Below, piece after piece: positions 38,107 through 48,613 of a stretch of DNA of 64,000 bases (within the stretch, counting starts at the first letter, position 1; every line of letters begins with the position of its first letter). The translations under genes and the position numbers were made by a program. Source of the DNA: an uncultured Pelagibacteraceae bacterium (GTDB taxonomy: Bacteria; Pseudomonadota; Alphaproteobacteria; Pelagibacterales; Pelagibacteraceae); assembly GCA_902598125.1 (NCBI GenBank), contig CACKAJ010000002.1, positions 105,545-169,544 of the forward strand, written 5' to 3'. The notes under the pieces were generated by a model. The model was given only the letters and a program-made list of their open reading frames with translations. It was not told the DNA's origin and searched no databases.

Positions 38107-38627
38107 TCTTTAACAAACATAACAGTCAACTCAGCAACTTTTATACCAAATTTTGTCATTGTGGCTCTATTAATTGCAACTCGTTCGTCTTGCATAAATA
38201 TCCAATCATCAAATGTAATTTTTATATTTTTTCCTTTAACTGGAACTAATAAAACATATTCAAATTTAAATGCTGGACCATAAGAATATCCTTTAGCTTT
38301 ACCAACTACATCTGATGCTGTTCCTTCATAGTTATGTTCGTCTATTTTAGTAATTGTCCATTGTCGAGTTTGTTTTTCTCCGTCAGTCCAATTAAAAACT
38401 TCATCTAAAATTAATTGTGAGCCGTCCCATTTACCATTTAGATCGGCTTTAAATTGTCTTGTTACTTTTCCAGATCTATTTTGAAGAACACCCCAGGCTT
38501 TTACATTTCCCGATAAATAATCTTCAATAATTAATCTTGGTTTTTGATCTTTAAAATCTGTTGGTTTCATTGTATTTGCACATCCTGTTAATATTAATAA
38601 AGTAAAAATTCCTATTAATTTTTTCAT
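38103..38627 (-). CDS. DUF3833 family lipoprotein
   Basis: LTGC lipobox; AWG..Q.RSGKV.RQF, DVVG.A.G, FDDWIF. Confidence 0.88.
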   Translation of the reverse strand: MKKLIGIFTLLILTGCANTMKPTDFKDQKPRLIIEDYLSGNVKAWGVLQNRSGKVTRQFKADLNGKWDGSQLILDEVFNWTDGEKQTRQWTITKIDEHNYEGTASDVVGKAKGYSYGPAFKFEYVLLVPVKGKNIKITFDDWIFMQDERVAINRATMTKFGIKVAELTVMFVKD

Positions 38628-38632
38628 TATAT

Positions 38633-39814
38633 TTACTTATTCGACATCGAAAATTGAATCAAGTCGATGTTTTTAGATTTAAATCCTGCTTCGCAATAAG
38701 AGAGATAAAATTCCCACATTCTCTTGAAAGTTTCATCAAAACCTAATGGAGCAATATTGCTCCAAACTTTAATAAAATTTTCTCTCCATGTTGCTAGAGT
38801 CTTAGCATAATCATCTGGATAAGAATTTACTTTTAAAAGATTTAAATTATTTTTTTTAATTAATGATTTTATAAAACCGAGTGAAGGCAAAAATCCACCT
38901 GGAAAAATATACTTTTGAATAAAATCTTCACTACTTCTATACCTTTCAAATAAGTCTTCTCTAATAGTTATTCCTTGTATTGCAGCTGCTCCATTTACGT
39001 TTAGAGATCTTTTAATTGTCTCAAAATATTTATCTAAATATTTTTCACCTACAGCTTCGATCATCTCAATTGAAGCAATTCTGTCATATTTTTCTTTCAG
39101 ATCTCTATAATCTAAAAACATCACATTTACTTTGTTATTTAAACCTGCATCGTTAATTCTATCTTTTGTAAATTCGAATTGTTTTTTAGATATGGTTATG
39201 CAATCAATAGTAACATTATAGTTTTTAGCTAAGTATTCAGAAAAACCTCCCCAACCACAACCTATTTCTAAAACTTTATTTCCGTCTTTGACTTCTAATA
39301 AATCAATAAGTTTTTGGTATTTGTTTTTTTGAGCTTTTTCTAAGTTATCATTTGGTTTTTCATAAACTGCGCTAGAATATGTGAGAGATTTATCTAACCA
39401 TTTAGAAAAAAAACTATTTCCTAAATCATAATGTTTAGAAATATATTTTAGACTTTTTGATTTGGTATTAGAAGCAAAAATTTTTTTTATAAAATTTTTA
39501 ATTTTTTGTATTCTTAGACTTCCTGAAAATGAATGGACTAATCTTATATTCCTTGCTGTCAATTCAATAAGATTTGTGAGATTAGCAGAGTAAAAGTCTT
39601 TACTCATATGTGCTTCACCCAATGCAGAACTTCCACCAACAATTATATTGAAGTAAAATTTTTCGTTGTTTATCTTTATATCAGCCGTGAGTTCGTCTTC
39701 TAGATTTCCAAAATGAAAAACCTGTCCATCATAATTGATTAATTTTAAACTTCCGTATTCTATTTTTTTAAGTTTATTTAAAACAATTTTTTCTGAAATT
39801 TTGAATAGGCTCAT
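38633..39814 (-). CDS. Cyclopropane-fatty-acyl synthase family methyltransferase (Cfa/UfaM-like)
   Basis: HYDLGN, TYSSA, LEIGCGWG, SIEMIEAVG, FIQKYIFPGG, YLSYCEAGF. Confidence 0.92.
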   Translation of the reverse strand: MSLFKISEKIVLNKLKKIEYGSLKLINYDGQVFHFGNLEDELTADIKINNEKFYFNIIVGGSSALGEAHMSKDFYSANLTNLIELTARNIRLVHSFSGSLRIQKIKNFIKKIFASNTKSKSLKYISKHYDLGNSFFSKWLDKSLTYSSAVYEKPNDNLEKAQKNKYQKLIDLLEVKDGNKVLEIGCGWGGFSEYLAKNYNVTIDCITISKKQFEFTKDRINDAGLNNKVNVMFLDYRDLKEKYDRIASIEMIEAVGEKYLDKYFETIKRSLNVNGAAAIQGITIREDLFERYRSSEDFIQKYIFPGGFLPSLGFIKSLIKKNNLNLLKVNSYPDDYAKTLATWRENFIKVWSNIAPLGFDETFKRMWEFYLSYCEAGFKSKNIDLIQFSMSNK

Positions 39815-40573
39815 TTAATTTTCTTCGTAACTTAAATTATTAATAATTTTTTTTTCTCTCCCTCTATATATTGCCCCTTTTCTCCATAATAAAAATGCTT
39901 CAAAATGTATCGAGCTTATAATCTTAAACGTCATTAATGGATATTTAAAAAAATTTATCAACAACTGCTTGAGTGAAAATTCTTTTTTGTCACCTACTTG
40001 AGTTGCGGTAAGGACTGTCCCTGAATTATCTGTTTGCTTGATAAATACTGAAAGTCTCTCATTAGGATTTAAAAGTTTAAAATTATAATATGTGTTCATA
40101 TCCATAAAAGGAGATACGTAAAACTTTTTTTTGCATTTCTGCTCGATTTTCTCATTTTTAGTAACTTTAAAAATATATGTATGTTGTTCATTAAATGTAT
40201 TTTTCACCTCATAAAATATCGCTCTTAAATTTTCTTTTTCGTAACAATAAAATATACTCAGAGGATTAAAAACATATCCAAAAATTCTTGGATAACAAAG
40301 CAACTTTATCTTTGTAATTTGATTATTAATATTAAATTTTTTTAAATTTTCAATAACCCACTCTTTCAAAAAACTTCCGTCTCTAGCTCCATGATCTTTA
40401 TTATAAAAACTAAAAACATTAAATTTGTTAAAAGAAAAAATACTTATTTTTGTATCTAGTAACTCAAGTTCATCTAAATCGATTAATAAAGAAAAAGTTT
40501 TATATTTTAATTCGTGTTTGACAGGTTTAAATCTATGATGAGTTACGAGACCATTGTATATACAAGAATTCAT
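39815..40573 (-). CDS. DUF1365 family protein (UfaO-like)
   Basis: HHRFKP..H, PRIFGYVFNPLS, EVKNTFNEQH, K.FYVSPF. Confidence 0.9.
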   Translation of the reverse strand: MNSCIYNGLVTHHRFKPVKHELKYKTFSLLIDLDELELLDTKISIFSFNKFNVFSFYNKDHGARDGSFLKEWVIENLKKFNINNQITKIKLLCYPRIFGYVFNPLSIFYCYEKENLRAIFYEVKNTFNEQHTYIFKVTKNEKIEQKCKKKFYVSPFMDMNTYYNFKLLNPNERLSVFIKQTDNSGTVLTATQVGDKKEFSLKQLLINFFKYPLMTFKIISSIHFEAFLLWRKGAIYRGREKKIINNLSYEEN

Positions 40574-41799
40574 TAATTTTTAAATTTTTCTAATAACTTT
40601 AATGAGGATTTTAAACCATCTTCATGAAAACCGTAACCAAAATAACTTCCGCAAAACCATGTCCTTTTTTTACCTTGGAGAGAGTGCAAATCTTTTTGTA
40701 AAGTTACATTCTCGTTATTAAAATATGGGTGTGTAAAGTTTACTTTTTTTATAATATTTTCCTCACTAATTTTTTCTACAGGATTTAAAGTTAAGAAATA
40801 ATTTTTTTCAGTCTTAAGATTTTGTAATTTATTAAGCCAATATGTAACACATGTTTTATTTTCTTTTGTAATTGAATTCCAACTTGACCATGCAGATTTT
40901 CTTTGTGGCATTAAATTTTTATCTAAATGTAAATAAGCATTATTAGAAACGTATGAAAATTTTGTTAAAATCTCTTTTTCTTCTTTAGTTGGATCGTCTA
41001 TCATTTTAAGACTTTGGTCTGCGTGAGAAGCTAAAACTACATGATCATAATCAATGTACTCATTACCAATTGAAACCCTCACATTATTTTCGCTTCTTAC
41101 AATTTTGTTAACTTGATAATTTTTAAAAACTTCACCACTTATTTTATTAAGGATTTTATTTACATATGTTCTACTGCGATTAGTAACTGTGTACCATTGA
41201 GGTCTATCTTTTAATTTAAATAATCCATGATTTATAAAAAAATTTAAAAAAAGTTTTAAAGGCATATCTTTTGCTTTTTCAAAAGGCATAGACCATATAG
41301 CCGCTACCATTGGAATAATATGATACTCAATAAAGTAATTTGATAATTTTGATTTATTTAAATATCCACCTAATGTTTCATCCGTAATATTTTGGCTAAG
41401 AAGTAATGGAGCTTTTTTGTAAAAACTAATTATTTCATTAATCATTTTTAAAAATTTAATATTGAACAGGTTTTTTTTGTTTGCAAATATTGCATTTAAG
41501 TTGCTCCCACCATATTCTATATTTGTGTTTTTAATAGAGACAGCGAAAGACATGTTGCTTTTTTCAAACGGAACGTCTAATTCCTGAAAAAATTTTATTA
41601 AGTTTGGGTAAGTTAATTCATTAAAAACAATGAATCCTAAATCAACTGGTGTAACTTTATTATCTTCTTTAATGTCATAAGTATAAGAATGACCTCCAAA
41701 ATGATCATCTTGCTCAATTAAATCAACTTTATGTTTTTTTGAAAGATAATATGCTGCGGAGAGACCAGAAATCCCTGCACCAATTACTGCAATTTTCAT
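40573..41799 (-). CDS. FAD-dependent oxidoreductase (UfaD-like fatty acid desaturase)
   Basis: GAGISG, GGHS, VDLGFIVFN..TYPN, AAIWS, CGSYFGYGFHEDG. Confidence 0.9.
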   Translation of the reverse strand: MKIAVIGAGISGLSAAYYLSKKHKVDLIEQDDHFGGHSYTYDIKEDNKVTPVDLGFIVFNELTYPNLIKFFQELDVPFEKSNMSFAVSIKNTNIEYGGSNLNAIFANKKNLFNIKFLKMINEIISFYKKAPLLLSQNITDETLGGYLNKSKLSNYFIEYHIIPMVAAIWSMPFEKAKDMPLKLFLNFFINHGLFKLKDRPQWYTVTNRSRTYVNKILNKISGEVFKNYQVNKIVRSENNVRVSIGNEYIDYDHVVLASHADQSLKMIDDPTKEEKEILTKFSYVSNNAYLHLDKNLMPQRKSAWSSWNSITKENKTCVTYWLNKLQNLKTEKNYFLTLNPVEKISEENIIKKVNFTHPYFNNENVTLQKDLHSLQGKKRTWFCGSYFGYGFHEDGLKSSLKLLEKFKN

Positions 41800-41808
41800 T
41801 ATTTATTT

Positions 41809-44676
41809 TTATGCAGCTTCATCTTTATATTCATCCATAGAAGGACATGAACATACAAGATTACGATCTCCATATACATTGTCTACTCTTGCTACAGGAG
41901 CCCAATATTTATTATTTTTTACGTATTCAGTTGGAAAAGCTGCCTCTTCTCTTGAATAAGCATGTTTCCACTCGGTTGAAGCTAGTTCAACATAAGTATG
42001 AGGAGCATTTTTAAGTGGATTGTCTATTTTGTCAAATTTAGACGATTCAACCAGATTAATTTCTTTTTTAATTTTAATGAATGCATTACAAAATTTATCT
42101 ATTTCCTCTAAATTTTCACTTTCTGTTGGCTCAATCATAATTGTACCAGCAACAGGCCATGACATAGTTGGTGCGTGGTAACCAAAATCAATTAATCTTT
42201 TTGCTAGATCCTCTTCCGAGATCCCTGAACTTGCTTTAATTGGTCGAATATCAATTATGCATTCGTGCGCGACATTGCCGTTCTTGCCAGTATAAAGAAC
42301 TTTATAATCTTTAGATAATTTTTTTGAAATATAGTTAGCGTTTAATATTGAAACTTGTGAAGCTTTTTTCAACCCTTCCGCACCCATCATCTTAATGTAC
42401 ATCCAAGATATTGGAAGTATACTTGAGCTTCCCCAAGGAGCGGCTGAAACAGCTCCCATTCCATTCTTAGGACCAGCTTCTCTAATGATTTCATGTGTCG
42501 GTAAAAAATCAGCTAAATGCTTAGCGCAAGCAATCGGACCCATTCCTGGTCCGCCTCCACCGTGAGGTATGCAAAATGTTTTATGTAAATTAATATGGCA
42601 AACATCAGGTCCAAATTTTCCCGGTTTGGCAATACCCACAAGTGCGTTTAAATTAGCCCCATCCATATAAACTTGTCCACCGTGCTTATGAATAACATCA
42701 CAAATTTCAATGATTTTTTCCTCAAATACTCCGTGAGTAGAGGGATATGTAACCATTAATGCAGCTAAATCTTTTGAGTATTTTTCAGCTTTATTTTTAA
42801 GATCGTCTATGTCAACGTTTCCATCATCGTCACAATTGACAACAACCACTTTCATCCCACACATTTGAGCACTAGCTGGATTAGTTCCATGAGCAGAGTC
42901 TGGGATAAGACAAACGTTACGATTTTCTTGTTTATTATTCTTATGGAATTTTCTTATTGTCATAAGACCTGCATATTCTCCTTGGGCCCCAGAGTTAGGC
43001 TGCAAAGAGACTGCGTCATATCCTGTAATTTCTTTTAAATCATTTATTAAATCATTAAAAAGAATTTTATATCCTTCCATTTGATTTGTAGGGACGAAAG
43101 GATGTGGAAGTGAAAACTCTTTCCAAGTAATAGGAATTAACTCAGCTGTTGCATTGAGTTTCATCGTACAAGATCCTAAAGCGATCATTGACCTATTTAG
43201 AGCAATATCGCAATCTTCGAGTTTCTTTAAATATCTGAGCATTTCAGTTTCAGAATGATATTTGTTAAAAACTGGATGAGTTAAGTATTTTGAAGTTCTT
43301 AATAGATTTTTTGGAAGATTATCTAGCTCTACCTTAACGTCTTGTTTTATTATTTTAGAAATTCCAAATATTTTTAATAATATATTAACGTCATCAAGTT
43401 TTTTTGCTTCGTCAAAAGCAACAGATAAATGTTCCTCATCAACTTTTCTTAAATTAATATTTTCTTTTAATGCAGCATCATAAATAGAATTTGTTTTTTT
43501 ATTAGTTTTAATCGTAACGGTATCGAAGAAATGATTTGATAAAATATTGTAACCACCAGCTTTAATATTATCAGCAAAAATTTTAGCTAATTTAGAGGTT
43601 CTATTAGCTATTTTCAATATTCCTTCTGGTCCATGATAAATTGCAAAAGCAGCAGAAATGATAGCTAACAAAGCTTGAGCAGTGCAAATGTTGCTTGTAG
43701 CTTTATCTCTTCTAATGTGCTGCTCCCTAGTTTGTAAAGAAAGTCTGTAAGCTTTTTTTCCGTGTCTATCTTTTGATACACCTATAATTCTTCCAGGCAT
43801 TGATCGTTTAAATTCTTCCTTAGTTGCGAAAAATGCTGCGTGCGGACCACCATATCCCATTGGGATACCAAATCTTTGGGCACTACCTACAGCGATGTCA
43901 GCACCTAATTCTGCTGGAGTTTTTAATCTAGCTAGCGCCAATAAATCACAAACTAAAATTGCTTTTCCATTTTTTTTATGTATTTGACTGATGCTTTCAC
44001 TTGGATCATTTATTTCACCTAAAGTTCCCGGGTAAGATAAAACTCCACAAATTATATCCTCATTAATTTTTGTAAGTTCTTTTTTTTCATCACCTATGAT
44101 CAGTTCTAAACCAAAAGGATTTGTTCTTGTTTTAATAAGATCAATCGTCTGAGGGTTGCAATTACTTGAAATAAATATTTTTTTTGAATTAGTCTTATCT
44201 AGTCTCTGGCTTAATCCTACTGCCTCAGCTGTTGCTGTTGCTTCATCTAATAGAGAAGCATTAGCTATATCCATGCCCGTTAAGTCAATTATTGATTGTT
44301 GAAAATTTAAAAGCATTTCAAGACGACCTTGCGCCACTTCAGGTTGGTAAGGTGTATAAGATGTATACCATCCTGGATTTTCTAAAATATTTCTAAGAAT
44401 TACATTAGGTGTAATAGAATTATAGTATCCCATTCCAATAAAATTTTTAAAGATTTTATTTTTTTTAGATATAGATTTTAATTTTTTTAAAGCATCGTTC
44501 TCTGACATTGGCTGATCGATTTTAAGATCATCTTTTAATAAGATTTTTTCTGGTACAGTATTGCTCATTAGATCCTCTAATGATTTATACCCAACATATT
44601 GCAACATTTTGGACTGATCTTCTTCAGAAGGACCAATATGTCTTTTAATAAATTCTTTTGAATTATCGTCAATCAT
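41809..44676 (-). CDS. gcvP: Glycine dehydrogenase (decarboxylating)
   Basis: YTPYQPEVAQGRLE, REQHIRRDKATSNICTAQ, LGSCTMKLN, NLHKTF, EPTESE. Confidence 0.98.
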   Translation of the reverse strand: MIDDNSKEFIKRHIGPSEEDQSKMLQYVGYKSLEDLMSNTVPEKILLKDDLKIDQPMSENDALKKLKSISKKNKIFKNFIGMGYYNSITPNVILRNILENPGWYTSYTPYQPEVAQGRLEMLLNFQQSIIDLTGMDIANASLLDEATATAEAVGLSQRLDKTNSKKIFISSNCNPQTIDLIKTRTNPFGLELIIGDEKKELTKINEDIICGVLSYPGTLGEINDPSESISQIHKKNGKAILVCDLLALARLKTPAELGADIAVGSAQRFGIPMGYGGPHAAFFATKEEFKRSMPGRIIGVSKDRHGKKAYRLSLQTREQHIRRDKATSNICTAQALLAIISAAFAIYHGPEGILKIANRTSKLAKIFADNIKAGGYNILSNHFFDTVTIKTNKKTNSIYDAALKENINLRKVDEEHLSVAFDEAKKLDDVNILLKIFGISKIIKQDVKVELDNLPKNLLRTSKYLTHPVFNKYHSETEMLRYLKKLEDCDIALNRSMIALGSCTMKLNATAELIPITWKEFSLPHPFVPTNQMEGYKILFNDLINDLKEITGYDAVSLQPNSGAQGEYAGLMTIRKFHKNNKQENRNVCLIPDSAHGTNPASAQMCGMKVVVVNCDDDGNVDIDDLKNKAEKYSKDLAALMVTYPSTHGVFEEKIIEICDVIHKHGGQVYMDGANLNALVGIAKPGKFGPDVCHINLHKTFCIPHGGGGPGMGPIACAKHLADFLPTHEIIREAGPKNGMGAVSAAPWGSSSILPISWMYIKMMGAEGLKKASQVSILNANYISKKLSKDYKVLYTGKNGNVAHECIIDIRPIKASSGISEEDLAKRLIDFGYHAPTMSWPVAGTIMIEPTESENLEEIDKFCNAFIKIKKEINLVESSKFDKIDNPLKNAPHTYVELASTEWKHAYSREEAAFPTEYVKNNKYWAPVARVDNVYGDRNLVCSCPSMDEYKDEAA

Positions 44677-45057
44677 TTAACTAGGGTTCTCCTTACAAAA
44701 TTTATCGTATTCATCTTTTGACATGAGCGAGTCATACTCACCTTTGTCTTTAATCTTTAACTTAAAAAACCAGCTGGCACCTTCAGGGTCGGTATTTACG
44801 CTTCCGGGATCATCTGCAATGGCTTTATTTCCCTCAGTAATTTCTCCAGAAATTGGAGAATAAACATCACTCGCAGCTTTAGTAGACTCTACAACAGCTG
44901 CTTGGCCTTCTTTTTCTACAGCTTTGCCTGCATCAGGAACCTCCACAAAAACAATATCACCGAGCATTTCTGTTGCATGCTTAGTTATTCCTACTGTAGC
45001 AACGTCTCCATCTAGTGAAACCCATTCATGTTTTTTAGAAAACTTTTTTTCACTCAT
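44677..45057 (-). CDS. gcvH: Glycine cleavage system H protein
   Basis: [24 protein letters not shown] lipoyl-Lys motif. Confidence 0.97.
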   Translation of the reverse strand: MSEKKFSKKHEWVSLDGDVATVGITKHATEMLGDIVFVEVPDAGKAVEKEGQAAVVESTKAASDVYSPISGEITEGNKAIADDPGSVNTDPEGASWFFKLKIKDKGEYDSLMSKDEYDKFCKENPS

Positions 45058-45069
45058 ATTTGTTTCTCC

Positions 45070-46164
45070 TTATTTAACATAACTTTTTTTGTAAAATGGA
45101 AGTTCAGAAATCTTACCCCCATATTTTTTTCCTCTCACTTCAAGCTGAATTGATGTGCCTATTTCAGAAAATTCTGATTTAACATATCCCATTGCAACTG
45201 GAGCGTTCACGCTCGGGCCAAAAGTACCACTTGTAACGAATCCTATTTCATTATTATCTGATGAAAAGATTTTCGTATTTTCTCTAGCTATAACTTTTCC
45301 ATCTGGCTTTATACCAACTCTAATTTTTTCACTTCCGTTTGCTAGTAAATTTTTAATTTTTTCCCATCCATTAAAGCCGCCAACTTCTTTTCTTTTTTTT
45401 GCTATAGCCCATTTTAAATTAGCCTCTACTGGATTTATTTTTTCATTTAAATCATGGCCATATAAACAAAGGCCTGCCTCTAATCTTAATGTATCTCTAG
45501 CTCCTAAACCTATCGGTTTAACTTTATTTGAAATTAAATAATCAATTAGCTTTTCAACTTTTGTGTTTGAAATTGAGATTTCAAAACCATCTTCACCTGT
45601 ATATCCAGATCTTGTTACATAAAGATTTTCACCTTCATACTCAAAATTACTTCCTGTCATAAATTTTAAATTAGCTACACCCGGAATTAATTTTTCTAAA
45701 ATCTCTACAGATTTGGGTCCTTGTAACGCTATTAAAGATAAATCGTTGTTTAAAAGATGTTTATGGTTTTCTTTTAAAAATTGTGAAATTTGTTTGATAT
45801 CGTTTTCCTTACAAGCTGCGTTTAAGATTATACAAAAACCTTTTTCTGTTCTTGTGATAATTAAATCATCAATTATTCCACCTTCATTATTAAGTAAAAA
45901 AGAATATTTTGAATGGTTAACTTTCAAATTTTTTAAATCTGCTGGTATAATTTTTTCTAAAGACTCAATTAATGTTTCGTCCCCTTCTAAAAAAAATTGT
46001 CCCATATGTGACACATCAAAAAATCCAGCGTGTGTTCTTGTAGAAATATGTTCCTTAACAATACCATCTTTATATTGAATAGGCATTTCATAGCCAGCGA
46101 ATGGAACAAATTTTGCTCCTAAGTTCTTATGATAATTATATAAAGCTGTTTTTTGTACTTCCAT
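45070..46164 (-). CDS. gcvT: Glycine cleavage system aminomethyltransferase
   Basis: FAGYEMP, FDVSHMGQ, RSGYTGEDGFE, GLGARDTLRLEAG. Confidence 0.97.
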   Translation of the reverse strand: MEVQKTALYNYHKNLGAKFVPFAGYEMPIQYKDGIVKEHISTRTHAGFFDVSHMGQFFLEGDETLIESLEKIIPADLKNLKVNHSKYSFLLNNEGGIIDDLIITRTEKGFCIILNAACKENDIKQISQFLKENHKHLLNNDLSLIALQGPKSVEILEKLIPGVANLKFMTGSNFEYEGENLYVTRSGYTGEDGFEISISNTKVEKLIDYLISNKVKPIGLGARDTLRLEAGLCLYGHDLNEKINPVEANLKWAIAKKRKEVGGFNGWEKIKNLLANGSEKIRVGIKPDGKVIARENTKIFSSDNNEIGFVTSGTFGPSVNAPVAMGYVKSEFSEIGTSIQLEVRGKKYGGKISELPFYKKSYVK

Positions 46165-46183
46165 AATAACTCTTTTTTTTCAA

Positions 46184-46345
46184 ACCCCATCTGTCCATGT
46201 ACCTGAGAGATTTAATCCTTCGGTGAGGCTTACGCCTGCTTTCCAGAGTTATTACGGTAACGGTCCTTTTGCCTGAGAGTTTCCGGGGTGGTTGCTCCTT
46301 CGGCGCCAAAATGGTCTCTCCCGTTACGATGAGGACTTTCCTCTA
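46184..46345 (-). promoter_or_regulatory. Tandem glycine riboswitch
   Basis: Minus strand: GGGAGAG..CGCCGAAGGAGCAA..AAACUCUCAGGCAAAAGGACCG, then CUCUGGAAAG..CACCGAAGG..AAUCUCUCAGGUACAUGGACAGA, just upstream of gcvT. Confidence 0.96.
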
Positions 46346-46374
46346 AATGCAATAAAAAGTCAAATGCAAATTAT

Positions 46375-47238
46375 TCAAGTCTTGCTATGTTTTTTGTCAA
46401 AACTCTTCAATATTATTGCTAAAATAATGACCGCTCCACCTATAAATACACTTATTGGAGGAATTTCACTCAAAAATAACCATACCCATAAAGGTCCACA
46501 TAAAGTTTCCATTAACATAAGCAAACCTACTGTAGCTGAAGCCGTTGTCCTTGAACCAATTGTGATACATATAAATCCAAGTGCAAGTTGGGGAACACCT
46601 AATAAAAATCCCATAAAAAGATCGTGTGAAGAAAATTCAAAAGATTTAGATAAAATAGCACCATAAATTAAACTAAAAATTCCAGAGTAAAGCATTGCTG
46701 GAACCATATCTAAATTAGAATTTTTTCGAATTATCATAACGTAAATTGCAAAATTAATCGGAATAACTAGTGCTACTAGATTACCAAATAAAGATCCTGT
46801 TGAAATTGAGTCTCCAACCATTATTAGTATTCCGCTCATAGCTAAAAAAATTGAGGATGATCCAATTAAAGAAACTTTTTCTTTCAGATAAAAAAAACCA
46901 AAAATTGCTAAAAACATTGTCTGAGTACTTATTATAAATACGACATTAGCTACTGTTGTATTATTCATAGCGATAATAAAAGCAACAAAGCTGAATGACA
47001 TTACAAAGCCTCCTAGGATACCGGGAATTCCAGAGTCTTTAATTACCTTAAAAACTTTATTTTTGTAAGTAAGTGACAAAAATAAAATTAGGGCAATTAT
47101 AAAAAAAAATGATCTTAAAAATAGTATTTGCCAAACATTAGCTTCTTGAAATGATCTAACAATAAAGCCTCCCCAGCTTAAACAAAATCCACCAAACAAA
47201 AGTAGCATGTAACCTGGAATTTTATATAGAAATTGCAT
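46375..47238 (-). CDS. DMT/EamA family transporter
   Basis: About 10 TM segments; two EamA repeats; E...GPLWVW....E.P. Confidence 0.88.
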   Translation of the reverse strand: MQFLYKIPGYMLLLFGGFCLSWGGFIVRSFQEANVWQILFLRSFFFIIALILFLSLTYKNKVFKVIKDSGIPGILGGFVMSFSFVAFIIAMNNTTVANVVFIISTQTMFLAIFGFFYLKEKVSLIGSSSIFLAMSGILIMVGDSISTGSLFGNLVALVIPINFAIYVMIIRKNSNLDMVPAMLYSGIFSLIYGAILSKSFEFSSHDLFMGFLLGVPQLALGFICITIGSRTTASATVGLLMLMETLCGPLWVWLFLSEIPPISVFIGGAVIILAIILKSFDKKHSKT

Positions 47239-48564
47239 TTAAAACTTTCTTAAGATTTTACTGAAATAAAATTTTAATGTTAATGATCTTAATATCATAA
47301 AACACATAAGTGAAAACCATAAACCATGATTACCAAAATATTTAATCAAATTAATAGATATAATAATAAAACTCACAACAGAAATTATCATGGCATTTCT
47401 CATTTCTCTTGTTTGTGAAGCGCCTATAAAGATTCCATCAAGTTGGTAACAGAACGATGCAATAGGTGGAATTATGATAACCCATAAGAAATGTTTATAA
47501 GATATAAATCTTAATAATTCTATATCTGTAATGATGTTAATTATTTGTTTAAAAAAGATTATATAAACAAATGATACTATTAATGCAGAAACAAAACTAA
47601 TTTGAATGGAGTTTTTTACAACAGATAAAAAAGAATTTTTAACTTTTCTGCCAATAGTAAAACCCACTATACCTTCTGTAGAAAACGCATAAGCATCTAA
47701 AAAGAAAGCAGCTAATATGATAAACTGCATTAATATAGTATTTACAGCTAAATAATCTTCGCCAAGTTTTGAACCTAAATATGTGACCCATAAAAATGAA
47801 AAAGTTAGAAATAAAGTTCTAATAAAGATATCTAAATTGATATTAAATAGTTTAACAAGTTTTGATTTAATAACAATTTTTTCAAATCTAGGTATTAATT
47901 TGAATTTTTTAATTATAAATCGATAAGTAAAGAAACTAAAAATTATTACTGTCAAAAAACTTGCAAATAAAGTGCCGAGAACAACACCTAATATGTCTAA
48001 ATTGTAAGATAAAACTAAAACAGAACTAAAAACTATATTTAAAATAGATAAAGTTACTATCATTAAGCTAGAAATCTTTGTTTTTTGTATTCCAAGATAA
48101 AATCCAACTAAAATATAGATTACTAACTCTGCTGGGACTGAAAAAACTCTTACGTTTAAATAAGTATTAATTAAATTTTGTGTTCCTAAAGATGTACTAA
48201 AAAAATGTTGAATAGAGATATTTATTAATGGTTTAAAAATTATAATTAAAAGAGCTATCGCCATGGCAATAACAAAATTTCTTAATAATGTTCTTACAAT
48301 TTCTCTATAATCACCTCTACCATAAGCTTGAGAAACAATTCCAACAGTACCCATTCTTAAAAAGCCAAAACTCCAGATAATCATGGTCATTACTGATGTA
48401 GCGATGCTCGTTGCAGCTAGATATTTAGTTTCTCCTAGATTTCCCATTAAACCGGTATCCACAATTCCAACTAAAGGAATTGCTAAGTTTGAAAAAAACA
48501 CTGGAATGGACAATAAGATGATTTGTTTTTTTGAAAATTTTGTTGAATATTTTGCTAATTTCAT
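47239..48564 (-). CDS. MATE efflux transporter (DinF-like)
   Basis: PLVGIVDT, FGFLRMGT.G, DIFIRT, LDGIFIGA. Confidence 0.9.
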   Translation of the reverse strand: MKLAKYSTKFSKKQIILLSIPVFFSNLAIPLVGIVDTGLMGNLGETKYLAATSIATSVMTMIIWSFGFLRMGTVGIVSQAYGRGDYREIVRTLLRNFVIAMAIALLIIIFKPLINISIQHFFSTSLGTQNLINTYLNVRVFSVPAELVIYILVGFYLGIQKTKISSLMIVTLSILNIVFSSVLVLSYNLDILGVVLGTLFASFLTVIIFSFFTYRFIIKKFKLIPRFEKIVIKSKLVKLFNINLDIFIRTLFLTFSFLWVTYLGSKLGEDYLAVNTILMQFIILAAFFLDAYAFSTEGIVGFTIGRKVKNSFLSVVKNSIQISFVSALIVSFVYIIFFKQIINIITDIELLRFISYKHFLWVIIIPPIASFCYQLDGIFIGASQTREMRNAMIISVVSFIIISINLIKYFGNHGLWFSLMCFMILRSLTLKFYFSKILRKF

Positions 48565-48613
48565 TTTTCTGCTTTAAAGTATATAATTATGCTTATATAC
48601 ACCTCTTAGGACA

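Noticed and set aside
46333-46343. RNase P RNA (GAGGAAAGUCC on the minus strand)
   Set aside because: The motif is part of a short GAGGA/UCCUC hairpin in the glycine riboswitch leader; the rest of RNase P is absent.
46292-46666. 124-aa plus-strand ORF
   Set aside because: Antisense to the DMT gene and the riboswitch.
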